64,000 bases of DNA. Source: Vicugna vicugna. Taxonomy: Eukaryota. Below, piece by piece: positions 63,755-64,000 of the stretch; position 1 is the first letter of the stretch, and each line of letters begins with the position of its first letter. Below the pieces are notes generated by a model. That model saw only the letters and a list, made by a program, of their open reading frames with translations. It had not been told where the DNA came from and made no database searches. The stretch spans positions 372,001 through 436,000 of the forward strand of contig MU057796.1 in assembly GCA_013265495.1 (NCBI GenBank), read 5' to 3'. Made by a program: the position numbers and the translations under genes.

Positions 63755-64000
63755 ATTTTTTTAAATTCAGATATAATTCACATATCATAAAATCCATCCT
63801 TTTAAAGTGTAAAATCCAGTGGCTTTTAGTACATTCACAAAGTCGTACCACTATCACCATACATACTCCAGAATATTCTCATCACCCCCAAATAATCCTT
63901 TACTCATTAGCAATCCTGCCATCATTCCCCTTCTCCTGCTGCAGATCGATCTCTCTGTTTCTATGGATTTGCCTACACTAAACTTTCATGTGAATGGATT
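63755..64000 (-). mobile_element. L1 (L1MB-like) 3' end, runs off the window end
   Basis: agatataattcacatatcataaaatccatccttttaaagtgta...ctatggatttgccta. Confidence 0.9.

Overview
This is mammalian genomic DNA that is AT-rich, CpG-depleted and roughly half old interspersed repeats. The short tRNA-derived SINE and the cetartiodactyl-type L1 3' ends point to a camelid (inference). I recognise no known protein-coding gene; almost all ORFs in the supplied track are chance or repeat-derived. Repeats include L1 of several ages, L2, MIR, MaLR/ERVL LTRs, a young solo LTR with a 6-bp TSD, and MER3/MER5/Tigger-type DNA transposons. The outstanding structure is a ~4.3-kb array of a degenerate 19-bp unit (45485-49819). 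It has higher-order duplications and an internal ~2.1-kb inversion, which creates kb-scale imperfect inverted repeats. Other points of interest are a TSD-flanked L1/non-L1 chimeric insertion with its own poly(A) signal (60.4-61.3 kb), a twin-primed L1, two candidate promoters (CpG-rich at ~4.2 kb; RFX+CRE-like at ~50.7 kb) and an unverified chain of minus-strand exons that could encode a 74-aa peptide. Repeat family names come from recalled consensus sequences, not a database search, and boundaries without TSDs are approximate.
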